Origin: a virus
Taxonomy: Duplodnaviria; Heunggongvirae; Uroviricota; Caudoviricetes
Virus record (IMG/VR): IMGVR_UViG_3300046002_005803
Coordinates: 1-64,000 of that record
DNA: 64,000 nucleotides
Strand: one strand, 5' to 3'
Shown: positions 55,256-64,000 of the stretch, piece after piece
Layout: each line of letters starts with the position of its first letter
Numbering within the stretch: position 1 is the first letter of the stretch
The notes under the pieces: generated by a model
What the model was told of the DNA's origin: nothing
Databases searched by the model: none
The model's input: only the letters and a program-made list of their open reading frames with translations
Translations under genes and position numbers: made by a program

Positions 55256-57961
55256 TTACCCGAAGCTGAACAAATCATCAAATGTTGAGTTAACATCAGT
55301 ATTACTTCTGATATCCCAATCCAATACACCAAGTAAGTTGTCTATCTTCTCATCTACTAGTGTTGATTCCATTAGTAAATCATCAAATGGCAAGTCTTTG
55401 AACCATTGTGGTAATCTTAATTCATCAACCGGATATGCAATACTAGTGAATCCCAATGCATTATCTTTGAGTTTACATACAACAATCTTCATACCATCTA
55501 TAATCTTTTGACTGTAATTATCCCCGTATACTCTGCGTAGATAGTTCCAGTTAATTGCTGCTCGGGCATGACCAACACCACACTTGCCCGACTTTTCAAA
55601 CTCAATAGTATGTTTAGTTAGATTGTTAACACTCTTTGGTGATCCCTTTGTCCAGCTATCTTGTTCAGACAACTTGTTTTTGAATTCTTTAACCATTTCA
55701 ATAACTTTGTCCCGCTGCTCACCAGCAAGGACCTTTGTAAGCACCGTCATTAAGAATTCTTGTATATACTTTGGGGTATCGGCACGCTTTAAGTCAAGGC
55801 CCGTCGCTTTGATATCACCATTCTTACCATTGATATCTTTACGCTTGCCTTCTTTATCAAAGATATTGATGGCATAGCGTTTCTTTGTGATGAAGATAGC
55901 ACGATCACCAATCAATTCACGACCAGCTTTGATGATTTCACCGTTCTTTCTTGGGGCATGAAATGCCTTTTCCATGAATGCAGGGAATGATTCATTTGCT
56001 TGATCAGCTATACTATCATACAAGCCGATACAAGTTTCTTTGTTCCACTCTAGTTCACCACTTGCTATTTGTGTTTTGAGAATAGGATATGCAGTAAAAT
56101 AACATGAGTCAGTATCTCCATACACAATAGCTTGACCATCATGTGAATATTCACCTGCGATTGTTTCATTGATTGTACTCATCATATGCTTAACAATCTG
56201 ACGACCACTCAAGGTAACACTTTGACCGATGCGCTTATCATAGAATCTGCAATGCTCATTCAACAACGCACCATATGCTGAGTTCAACAAAATTTTACGA
56301 ACAAGCTGACGCTTATCAAAATATTCATATTGATCAGTGCCATAAGCTGATTTAGCTTTAGCTTGCATTTCTTTACGCTCACTATACCAGCGAGTAAGTA
56401 GTCCAGGGACTACACCCTCTTTTTCGTAAGTAAAGATAGTAGCATTAGCTGACAACATCCATGGGCGATTGCTATCAAAAATCATCTTCCAAATCTCGGC
56501 TGCACTCATCTCTACTGACCTGCCATCTTCGTAGTCTAATGTCAGTATTGTTCCGCGTTCTTGATTCATAATAGCAGTATATTCTAATACGCTAAACAAG
56601 TTTTCCCAAAGAATAGCACCAGTAACGTCCTCGTCACCCTCTTTGAATCGTTTCTTAACGCTAGCAAGTTGCTTGCCTTTGTCGTCCATATACTTGTCAG
56701 TTAATGTCTGTCGGACTTGACCGATGATGGTTTCTCCTGCCATGTTGAGGGCACGAATAACCGAGGGATAGAGCGAGTTGATGTCAACTGCTCCGACATA
56801 TTCGTGCATGCCTCTTTTCGGCGTAGCAACGAAGGCACCTGCTGCTGTCGTTGTTTCTTCTGCATTTTCAATCTTTCGTTTTTTGTCTGGCACTACCAAT
56901 CCACGTTCGTGGGCTTCATTAAAAATTGCCATCTCAACCATTGCTACTGAACCCATGACTGTTGGAAGCAGTACAGTGTTCTCGTGCGCCAATTGATTAG
57001 CAAGTTCTAAAAACTTAAGTTTGTTGTGAATCTTCACCAACAACATAGTATCTTGTCTGTTGTATTCAATAAACTTTTTAAAGTCTTTGTTATACAATTG
57101 ATCTAGCGTACCTTCGTATTGAGTTTTGTTTTCTCCTACTTCCATTTCACCAATCGCATCTAACTTGTAGCTGTGACGGGATTCATAGTTGTATTTCTTG
57201 TAGAGTTGTAAGTAGTCCAAATGAATACGACCAACTAAGTCGTATGTTTGTTCTTCTTTACCAAACCGTTCATATGTGCGTGGTTTAGGCAGTTGACCCA
57301 TCAAACAAAACTTGCGTGTATCATCTTTACTCATTACTCGGGTAACCCGATTAACCATGTAAGGTATGTCATATCCTTCTGAGTTCCAACCAGTCAATAC
57401 ATCAGCATCTTCAATGAGTTGAAAGAAAACATCAAACATATCCTTCTCATTGGCAAAAAGTAAACAGTTTTCAAACTCATTACAAATTTCCTGTGCTGTT
57501 TCTTTACTCATATGCTTGGGAGCAATGACCAATGTAACCAATTGATCCAGCCAATCTAGATAACAACTGATAGCGGTTACTGGATTGAACGGATCGGTTG
57601 TTGGACTAAACCCCTTAATCGGATCAAAATCAGTTTCAATGTCAAAGAAGCAAGTATGCAGATTGGGAACATCTGCCTTAAGATAGTTTTCACTAAGGCA
57701 ACGAAACACCACTGGTACATCACTTTCAAATAATTTCTTACCTGAATGGATGCGTCTTTCTTTTTCAAACTCTTGTCGTTTGCGTGTGCTGAAACGATTT
57801 ACGGGGTCACCGTATATACTGCGATACTTGCCCTTACGATCAGGATAATACAGTACATAGTTTGTGGAATATTCTTTGTATTGACGCTTGCCATTCTTAT
57901 CCCGTTCTACTACAAAAATTTTATCTTCATCTCTGGAATGTATTGCATCCACATATGACAT
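55256..57961 (-). CDS. Family-B DNA polymerase (T4 gp43-like)
   Basis: 901 aa; motif A AVDINSLYPSVI, motif B RKILLNSAYGAL, motif C IVYGDTDSCYF; an N-terminal exonuclease region is present. Confidence 0.9.
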   Translation of the reverse strand: MSYVDAIHSRDEDKIFVVERDKNGKRQYKEYSTNYVLYYPDRKGKYRSIYGDPVNRFSTRKRQEFEKERRIHSGKKLFESDVPVVFRCLSENYLKADVPNLHTCFFDIETDFDPIKGFSPTTDPFNPVTAISCYLDWLDQLVTLVIAPKHMSKETAQEICNEFENCLLFANEKDMFDVFFQLIEDADVLTGWNSEGYDIPYMVNRVTRVMSKDDTRKFCLMGQLPKPRTYERFGKEEQTYDLVGRIHLDYLQLYKKYNYESRHSYKLDAIGEMEVGENKTQYEGTLDQLYNKDFKKFIEYNRQDTMLLVKIHNKLKFLELANQLAHENTVLLPTVMGSVAMVEMAIFNEAHERGLVVPDKKRKIENAEETTTAAGAFVATPKRGMHEYVGAVDINSLYPSVIRALNMAGETIIGQVRQTLTDKYMDDKGKQLASVKKRFKEGDEDVTGAILWENLFSVLEYTAIMNQERGTILTLDYEDGRSVEMSAAEIWKMIFDSNRPWMLSANATIFTYEKEGVVPGLLTRWYSERKEMQAKAKSAYGTDQYEYFDKRQLVRKILLNSAYGALLNEHCRFYDKRIGQSVTLSGRQIVKHMMSTINETIAGEYSHDGQAIVYGDTDSCYFTAYPILKTQIASGELEWNKETCIGLYDSIADQANESFPAFMEKAFHAPRKNGEIIKAGRELIGDRAIFITKKRYAINIFDKEGKRKDINGKNGDIKATGLDLKRADTPKYIQEFLMTVLTKVLAGEQRDKVIEMVKEFKNKLSEQDSWTKGSPKSVNNLTKHTIEFEKSGKCGVGHARAAINWNYLRRVYGDNYSQKIIDGMKIVVCKLKDNALGFTSIAYPVDELRLPQWFKDLPFDDLLMESTLVDEKIDNLLGVLDWDIRSNTDVNSTFDDLFSFG

Positions 57962-58221
57962 TATAAAGTTTTTCCCACAGTTTCCAAAATTGTCACAAGT
58001 TCTTCGTGGTCAGCAGTGGTTTGGCCAAGACTTGCTTTGTGTGCCACAGAGATTGCTTTCTTAAGTATACTAGGCTTAACTTCTAGTTCTTCACCAATAG
58101 CCTTAATAGTATCGGATAGTCCCTCACGAAGGGTATCAATCTCATGTAGGACTACCATTCCTTCATTCACCAATTGGGTTAACTTAATTTTTTGCTCACC
58201 TGTAAACATTTTTGCTGACAT
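57961..58221 (-). CDS. Hypothetical small protein
   Basis: ORF; ATG overlaps the polymerase stop. Confidence 0.3.
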   Translation of the reverse strand: MSAKMFTGEQKIKLTQLVNEGMVVLHEIDTLREGLSDTIKAIGEELEVKPSILKKAISVAHKASLGQTTADHEELVTILETVGKTL

Positions 58222-58267
58222 AAAAACTCCTTATAAAAATATAGTATACAGGCTTTGTGTAGAAAAG

Positions 58268-58876
58268 TCAAACATTTTGCTGATTTTCTACAATCTTTTT
58301 TACCACCGTTCTTAGCCCGGGGTTAATATGGAATGCGTGTGGTATAATATGTTGTCTGACATAGTTACGCATATATTTGGTGTCATCATTACTATTATCG
58401 TGACACCAATCAATAGATTTCTGTTTACACCAATTTGTGAATTCGGTTTTAGTTGTTGTTAGAAATGGGCGTACTACATTGTTTCTTTTTGCTGGGATAA
58501 CTTTTGCCTGGCCATGCATTGATGACCAAAGATATGTTTCTACGCAGTCATCTAAGTGATGACCGGTAATAATTGGACCCAATGAATCACCAAAGCTGTC
58601 CAAGAAGTCATAGCGTTCGTTGCGCCAGTGTTCTTCTGTACTAAGTACTTTAGGTTTATCATTCTTAATCAGGCCAACCATAAGTGGAAGATTTCGTTCA
58701 GTGCAGAATTTAGCAACAAATTCAAATGCCCGTTCACTATTCTCTGTTCCATGATGGAAGAAAGCGCAAGTTACTTTATGTTTACGGGAAAGGAAATCTG
58801 TAATAGCAACAGAGTCAACCCCGCCGCTTAGTGCGACAACAACTTCTTTTGGCAACGGAAAGAGTAGTTTAAGCAT
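58268..58876 (-). CDS. PP-loop ATPase, TilS (tRNA-Ile lysidine synthetase) N-terminal-domain-like; QueC-type alternative not excluded
   Basis: SGGVDS PP-loop (VVALSGGVDSVAI) and ITGHHLDDCVETYL, which matches the TilS GHHxDDQxET motif. Confidence 0.5.
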   Translation of the reverse strand: MLKLLFPLPKEVVVALSGGVDSVAITDFLSRKHKVTCAFFHHGTENSERAFEFVAKFCTERNLPLMVGLIKNDKPKVLSTEEHWRNERYDFLDSFGDSLGPIITGHHLDDCVETYLWSSMHGQAKVIPAKRNNVVRPFLTTTKTEFTNWCKQKSIDWCHDNSNDDTKYMRNYVRQHIIPHAFHINPGLRTVVKKIVENQQNV

Positions 58877-58902
58877 CTATGCATTATAGCATAGAAATGA
58901 TT

Positions 58903-59487
58903 TTATTGAAAGATTTCCGGGTGATCTTTGCCAAATACTTTCATATATTTTCCGGCACTCATATCAGCTAGCATTTCAATTGGACTACCTGGGTAACTAT
59001 CACCTGGTTTAATCATATCCAATTCACCTTGACGGACATGAGTAAGTTCATGCAGGACCGTACGCATAATATCAACCATATTACGATTAGCAACATATAC
59101 CCAAACATTATTATCATTTGTACTATGGCGACCAGTATGATGACCTTCTTGTGCTTCTTCAGTATCGTAGCTGAATTCAATTTCGGGTACTGATTGTAGA
59201 TTAAGTTTTTGTGCTGCAAATTGAATGAATTTCTGCATTATTGGGTTATCTGCTAAAAAGTCTGGTTCGTCATTTTCTTCATCTAGCTTGCCCTTAACCC
59301 AGTTATCCGGTGATCGTTTGAATTTCCGCACAAATAGGTCATGTAGTGCTTTGCTAGTAATACTATGTCTACTAGCAACTTGACGCATTAATTTGTCAAT
59401 CGTTGTGTAGTCATGTTTTTGCAATGACGGCAAGCGTTTTGCCAATTCATTTGTAGCGGATTCAATAATAATGTGTTCAGTGAGCAT
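58903..59487 (-). CDS. Hypothetical protein with HExxH motif (VLHELTHV)
   Basis: Motif only. Confidence 0.3.
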   Translation of the reverse strand: MLTEHIIIESATNELAKRLPSLQKHDYTTIDKLMRQVASRHSITSKALHDLFVRKFKRSPDNWVKGKLDEENDEPDFLADNPIMQKFIQFAAQKLNLQSVPEIEFSYDTEEAQEGHHTGRHSTNDNNVWVYVANRNMVDIMRTVLHELTHVRQGELDMIKPGDSYPGSPIEMLADMSAGKYMKVFGKDHPEIFQ

Positions 59488-59583
59488 TATGTATTTATCA
59501 AAAGGTGCTCACTTTAACGAACTAAATGGGTAGCGATTCCTATTCGTTGGCCAGCAGCCGGCCACACGGCCCTAAGGGTGTTC

Positions 59584-60036
59584 TTACCAAGAACTTTCTT
59601 TAAGTTCTAGTGTATATTTATCAAATCGTTTTAATCTGGCCAAGAATTCATTAGATTCTTCTGTTGATATTCCAGTAAGTTGTAATATAATTCTGTCACT
59701 ATTTCCTGCGTTTGCACTAGCATAAGAAGTATTATGCCAATCAATTCCATACACTTCCCCTGCTTTCCAGTTGGTATGATTAACATCATCAAAGCAATAA
59801 AAATGCCCTGGTACCCAATCTGTTAAATGAATACAGATTCTTTTAACAGTGAAAGGTTGATCCAAATTATAATGTTCTAAATTATCTTTAATAAAAGTAG
59901 AGACTTGATTTGGCTTTTGTCTATCTAAATTAATATTGCAATTTCTAAGTTTGATTAGATTGCTTAGTTGTTGAAGTAAAGTATCATTGATATTACTCCA
60001 ATCACCGATAAATGTACCTAATTTTGTGATGTTCAT
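59584..60036 (-). CDS. Hypothetical protein
   Basis: ORF only. Confidence 0.3.
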   Translation of the reverse strand: MNITKLGTFIGDWSNINDTLLQQLSNLIKLRNCNINLDRQKPNQVSTFIKDNLEHYNLDQPFTVKRICIHLTDWVPGHFYCFDDVNHTNWKAGEVYGIDWHNTSYASANAGNSDRIILQLTGISTEESNEFLARLKRFDKYTLELKESSW

Positions 60037-60076
60037 ACTGATATTTAGTGTGAACTATTAATGTTAATATTAAACC

Positions 60077-60517
60077 TTAATTACACCAACTAGTTTTAGC
60101 TTCACCATAGTATTCTCGGGCAAAACCTTGACTAATTAACATTTGTCTAAGACTTTGTCCATTTAATATTACATCACCCAACACACGCCCGCCATACTTG
60201 TCCCAATCCATGAGAACAATTTGTCTTTTAGTTGCTACTTCAATTGCATGTTTAGTGAAGGCAGTTGCTGCTTGACCTCGTTGCTCCTCACTAGGACATT
60301 TTGCCCTGAAACCTTTTTCCGGTGTATCAACACCAAACACACGAATACTTAATTCTTTCTTTAATGGATCAGGTAAGAACGGTGCGTGAAAGGCTACCGT
60401 ATCACCATCAATAACCCTAGTTATTACAGCATCATATGTTACACCTTCTTTTTGTTTTTGTGCTAATACAACACTAGATAGTATTGTCAATGCTAATAAT
60501 ATTATTATTTTTTTCAT
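60077..60517 (-). CDS. Secreted staphylococcal-nuclease-like (SNase/thermonuclease) protein
   Basis: Signal peptide MKKIIILLALTILSSVVLAQ; VIDGDTV...RVFGVDTPE...DKYGGRVLG...G.AREYY follows the SNase core pattern. Confidence 0.7.
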   Translation of the reverse strand: MKKIIILLALTILSSVVLAQKQKEGVTYDAVITRVIDGDTVAFHAPFLPDPLKKELSIRVFGVDTPEKGFRAKCPSEEQRGQAATAFTKHAIEVATKRQIVLMDWDKYGGRVLGDVILNGQSLRQMLISQGFAREYYGEAKTSWCN

Positions 60518-61890
60518 GTTGATTTAATGCGTTTCTTGTAATCTATAAAGTTTGCGTGTCTATCTTCTAATCCTGATAGTGAAGAATTAATTTTCTTAGT
60601 AACTGCGGCAGTATCATCAAAGTTATTTATCCCCGGTTTAACTCTTGTGTTCCAATACCACAGTGCTACCTTTAACGCTATGTCAGGCCTTGCTGCAAGT
60701 TCAGGTTGTTTGAGTAAGTTTATCTTCAAGGCGTCACCTGCCATACGATAGTTGTCACGACCGGTCAATTGAATATATCCTCTGCCGTGATATCTAGCAC
60801 CATCTCCCACTTGTTTATTACCAAGTATCTTAGCAGTTCTGGGTGAATGTTTAACATCGTATTTTTTAGCAAAATAATCTTTTACCTTTGGTTGTGGCTT
60901 TTCTTGTAACCTACTAAAATTCCAAGTTTCATGTTTCGTCTGAGCTAAAAATTGTGCTAATTCTGATCCCTTCATTCCTTCTTTTTTTGCAGTTTGATAT
61001 AAAACATTTTCTGCTTGTGTATCTACTGTGGGAGATGCTGCTTTAACTACGGGTGTTGCTGCTTTAACTTGTACTTCAGGAGCAGCATCGGGTTGAGTTA
61101 TTTTAGATATTTTAGCTGTTCTAACTGGTTCTACCGGAGAATTATATTGATTAGCAGCACCTAATGCTCCCAATGCCATAGCACCACCAGCGACCCAGTT
61201 CTTCCAATCTTCTTCTAAATCATCTAGTTCAACTAATTGTCTATATGGCTCATCACCGGTCCATCTTGAACCCTGATCCATTGCTTCGCCGACTGCTGGA
61301 TCCCACTTCATGCTCTTACTACCCTTGTGTATAGGAGCGAAGCCTTGCCCCTTGTAGAACTTTGTTAGTTTACTTTGACTTACTTGACCGTGTTGCCAAG
61401 GGAACAATGTTAGTGCAATTCCATCTGCTTGTGCCATGGCTTGCAATTCTTTCATTGCGCGTGAGCCGACCCCTTGACGTAGTGGATATGCTTGAAACCA
61501 TTTTACTTCTACTGCACCTCGTTTGCTGAAACTTGGGGTTAGTTCAAACATTGCAAGCTGCTGAGTGTCACCTTCGCCCCACATCATTACATGATTATTT
61601 TTAAAGATAGTTGGATACTTTTGATAGACCTTTTCAATCCAAGCCTTTGCGGCATCGTTGTTGCTTATTTTGATTGGTTCATCTTCCTTCATTAATTTAC
61701 TAATGCGAGGCTTGAATAACTGTACTTCACCTTTGTTAGTTTTTAGTACAGGTTGATTGTGCTTGTCTTTAGTAAAGCCTTTAATCTCTGCTGGACTATT
61801 CTTAAATTTACCCTTGAGGATTTTATCACCAACTGATAACTTGGGCGGTTGATATGAGGCAGTCTCATTAATAAATTCAATTGCTCTCAT
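60514..61890 (-). CDS. Capsid-targeted (CTS-bearing) fusion protein: GNAT-like acetyltransferase domain plus glycoside-hydrolase family 19 lysozyme/chitinase domain
   Basis: N-terminal MRAIEFINETA; GNAT motif A VKWFQAYPLRQGVGSRAM; GH19 catalytic/signature segments KHETWNF, YHGRGYIQLTGRDNY, VALWYWN. Confidence 0.6.
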   Translation of the reverse strand: MRAIEFINETASYQPPKLSVGDKILKGKFKNSPAEIKGFTKDKHNQPVLKTNKGEVQLFKPRISKLMKEDEPIKISNNDAAKAWIEKVYQKYPTIFKNNHVMMWGEGDTQQLAMFELTPSFSKRGAVEVKWFQAYPLRQGVGSRAMKELQAMAQADGIALTLFPWQHGQVSQSKLTKFYKGQGFAPIHKGSKSMKWDPAVGEAMDQGSRWTGDEPYRQLVELDDLEEDWKNWVAGGAMALGALGAANQYNSPVEPVRTAKISKITQPDAAPEVQVKAATPVVKAASPTVDTQAENVLYQTAKKEGMKGSELAQFLAQTKHETWNFSRLQEKPQPKVKDYFAKKYDVKHSPRTAKILGNKQVGDGARYHGRGYIQLTGRDNYRMAGDALKINLLKQPELAARPDIALKVALWYWNTRVKPGINNFDDTAAVTKKINSSLSGLEDRHANFIDYKKRIKST

Positions 61891-62330
61891 TACTCACGGG
61901 CTTTTTTAAGTGTAGCACGAATCATCCATGCTTTCTTGGCATATAAGTCTTGTAGTTCAGCTAGATAATTGGCAATTCCCTGTGCTTTTTCTTCTGTTGC
62001 AATGTCAAATAATTCAGTTACTAACTTAATCATTTTTTCACAATCAACTAGTAGTTCTTCAAGCATTAATTCAGCACGAGGAATTTTATGTTGTTCTTCA
62101 ATGATACTCAATTCAAGCATTCTGCCTAAGCTGCCTGGAGAATAACTGCCTAAAGTTCTGATATATTCGGCAATAGTATCAATAGTTCCATAGATTTCAT
62201 CATACATTTTATTTAAAAATTTATGATATTGCGGGAAATTGCTTCCTTCGATATTCCAGTGAAATCCGTGAGTTTTTGTATACAGTACAAATGTACTGCC
62301 CAATAGTGTTTTTAAGTTATCTGATAACAT
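61890..62330 (-). CDS. dps: Dps (DNA-binding ferritin-like protein)
   Basis: FVLYTKTHGFHWNIEGSNFPQYHKFLNKMYDEI is the Dps ferroxidase-centre signature (LYqKTHnFHWNvkG.nF..lHe.fee.Yde). Confidence 0.8.
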   Translation of the reverse strand: MLSDNLKTLLGSTFVLYTKTHGFHWNIEGSNFPQYHKFLNKMYDEIYGTIDTIAEYIRTLGSYSPGSLGRMLELSIIEEQHKIPRAELMLEELLVDCEKMIKLVTELFDIATEEKAQGIANYLAELQDLYAKKAWMIRATLKKARE

Positions 62331-62332
62331 TA

Positions 62333-63484
62333 TTATCCTTTAGTTTTCTTTGTGTTGACATTGATGGCTTTACCACTACGCTCTGGATTGGGATCTTCTC
62401 TGCGTTTTCTTGCTGCTGCACTTGCACGACCCTTTTTACCTAAACTGTGTGCTTTACTTTGAGGCAAACATTTTGGTTTACCTTCTCCCGGCTCTCTTGC
62501 ACATGGACCCTTGATATTACCTTTGGTATCCATGCGAACCCACTTTTCTTTATTAAACCAATCATGTAAACTTTCATCCGTTTGATTTATGCCTTCTAGT
62601 ATAGAACTTTCATTCTTACTACTATTACCCCAATTACTTGCACCTTTTTTACGACATTTGACTAATGCACCGCTAGCATAGGCACTTGGCCATACTTTAT
62701 AACGGCTTTTTACTTTATAGTAGCAAGCATCTTTCTTTTCATTCATTATCATTTCACTGAACATTGGTCCATTACAGTGTGGGCAACTATGTTGTTCCTC
62801 CGCCACACCTTGTTCTTTTTGACCTTGCTGTTGCGCCCATTGAGCAATTTTTCCAAAGAGTGTATCAGGAACACCGAGGTCTGTAGCAGCCTTTGGATCG
62901 CTAATATCAACTACGTTAATAGTTCTATCAGCAAGTGGACCGCTTGATTGAATAGGGCCACCTGATGCAATCGTTGCGGCACCTGTGTATTTTTTTTCTG
63001 GATCATTTAGTCTTTGATCTAATCCCAATTGTTTAGCAACATTAGGAGCCACTGGTTTTATGTCAATAAATGATGCTGAGTTACTTGCAGTAGATAAATT
63101 TTGGTTGCGGCGCCAACTGGCTGCAACGTATGTGCCATTGGCTAATCTAACATAAGTGGTCACTGGAGCAAAGATATCTAATTCATTTAACTTGTCCTCC
63201 GACACACCTTGTTCGGTTGTTAGTGTACCAGTGCGTCTTTGTCCGGAACCTTTGAACATATCATTTGTTTCTTCATATGTTCCTGGATAAGGTATACCAA
63301 CTGATTCTTTCTTAACATCATTTGCAAATTGTTTATTAGTTGCTTTTACAATGCCACTAAAACGCTTGTTGCCACGAGCAAAATCTTTTTCTTTATCTGC
63401 TTTACTGGCATCGGCTGCGGCAGCAGTTTTGTATTGTGCTAACTTTTCGTTAGATAGTTCTGTTAAAAAATCTGATGGTTTCAT
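62333..63484 (-). CDS. Hypothetical large basic protein with CTS-like N-terminus (MKPSDFLTEL)
   Basis: 383 aa; Cys cluster CPHCNG; KR-rich C-terminus. Confidence 0.4.
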   Translation of the reverse strand: MKPSDFLTELSNEKLAQYKTAAAADASKADKEKDFARGNKRFSGIVKATNKQFANDVKKESVGIPYPGTYEETNDMFKGSGQRRTGTLTTEQGVSEDKLNELDIFAPVTTYVRLANGTYVAASWRRNQNLSTASNSASFIDIKPVAPNVAKQLGLDQRLNDPEKKYTGAATIASGGPIQSSGPLADRTINVVDISDPKAATDLGVPDTLFGKIAQWAQQQGQKEQGVAEEQHSCPHCNGPMFSEMIMNEKKDACYYKVKSRYKVWPSAYASGALVKCRKKGASNWGNSSKNESSILEGINQTDESLHDWFNKEKWVRMDTKGNIKGPCAREPGEGKPKCLPQSKAHSLGKKGRASAAARKRREDPNPERSGKAINVNTKKTKG

Positions 63485-63485
63485 A

Positions 63486-63974
63486 TTATTTCTTATTCTT
63501 GTTATCTAACATGCCGCGTTTGTTAGCAGTTGCCCAAGCAATGTTCTTAGCGACTTTCTTTGACTTGCCTGCCTTTTCTTCACTCTTTTCAATATGACTA
63601 ACCATACGATCTACTTTGGCACCTTCACTAACTTTTTTCTTAGCAGCATCCCATGCAGCATCAGTCTTTACATTGTATTCTTTACCACCGGCGCCAATAT
63701 CAGCAATTTCGTCCTTGTCGAAATTTGGATATCTGGACCAGCGGGTGGAAGGTGTGTATCCTTTACGGCATAATTTCATCTCTGCGTTAGCTTGTTTGTC
63801 TGACATATAGGGACTTGGAGAGCTGCCTTCCGCCACATCTTTCTCTGGTTCTGTTGGTTTGGGTTTCTTTCTGGGACTATCTAACCAAGGATACTTGGAG
63901 CCTTCCGCTACATCTTGTGTTGCATACTTGGCGTACACCTTGCTATTTTCACCATAGCCATGTCTCCTAGCCAT
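63486..63974 (-). CDS. Hypothetical Lys-rich protein with internal DVAEGS repeats
   Basis: QDVAEGSKYPW / KDVAEGSSPSPY repeat. Confidence 0.35.
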   Translation of the reverse strand: MARRHGYGENSKVYAKYATQDVAEGSKYPWLDSPRKKPKPTEPEKDVAEGSSPSPYMSDKQANAEMKLCRKGYTPSTRWSRYPNFDKDEIADIGAGGKEYNVKTDAAWDAAKKKVSEGAKVDRMVSHIEKSEEKAGKSKKVAKNIAWATANKRGMLDNKNKK

Positions 63975-64000
63975 TTGTTGTAATTGCGCTTGGGTCTTGC

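Noticed and set aside
59488-59583. GC-rich 96-bp intergenic segment (ttggccagcagccggccacacggccctaagggtg) examined as a possible tRNA or ncRNA
   Set aside because: No acceptor-stem/T-arm (GTTC) architecture; only short GGCC palindromes. It may be a structured terminator but there is insufficient evidence to call it.

Overview
AT-rich (roughly 35-38% GC by eye), densely coding 64 kb window with more than 100 ORFs. Almost all are on the minus strand in long translationally coupled runs, and ATGA/TAATG stop-start overlaps are frequent. Gene content points to a large T4-like (Tevenvirinae-related) myovirus genome segment rather than a cellular chromosome: a family-B DNA polymerase (gp43-like, with DxxSLYPS / KxxxNSxYG / YGDTDS motifs), a gp45-like sliding clamp, T4-type RNase H/FEN, an ATP-dependent DNA ligase, dCMP deaminase, a 2OG-Fe(II) oxygenase, an SF2 helicase, and several proteins whose N-termini match the T4 internal-protein capsid-targeting sequence (MKTYQEFIAEA in T4; here MRATEFIAEA, MRAIEFINET, MRFNEIISEA and similar). 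Regulation appears to be host-like: at least ten near-consensus sigma70 promoters (TTGACA-17-TATAAT) precede minus-strand genes, and six of them are embedded in a reiterated ~60-bp promoter-plus-leader cassette. The accessory modules are the interesting part. (1) A 7-deazaguanine pathway (FolE, QueD, QueE, a TGT/DpdA-like transglycosylase, a PP-loop ATPase) is interleaved with sugar-nucleotide enzymes (epimerase, GT4 glycosyltransferase, cytidylyltransferase). (2) A complete ClpX-Hsp20-ClpS-ClpP proteostasis module sits next to a SpoT-type HD (p)ppGpp hydrolase, IF-1 and an Fe/Mn SOD. (3) A plus-strand, apparently acquired envelope cassette encodes a periplasmic solute-binding protein, a dicarboxylate/amino-acid symporter, an aspartate racemase and a PbpG-like DD-endopeptidase. 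(4) A paralogous family of at least 8 small proteins ends in HFGVEE, with conserved gene-junction DNA and decayed remnants. (5) A set of capsid-targeted, presumably ejected, proteins includes one with a Tat-like twin-arginine signal, a GNAT+GH19 lysozyme fusion, and possibly the SOD, adjacent to Dps and a secreted SNase-like nuclease. No rRNA, CRISPR array or convincing tRNA was found by eye.
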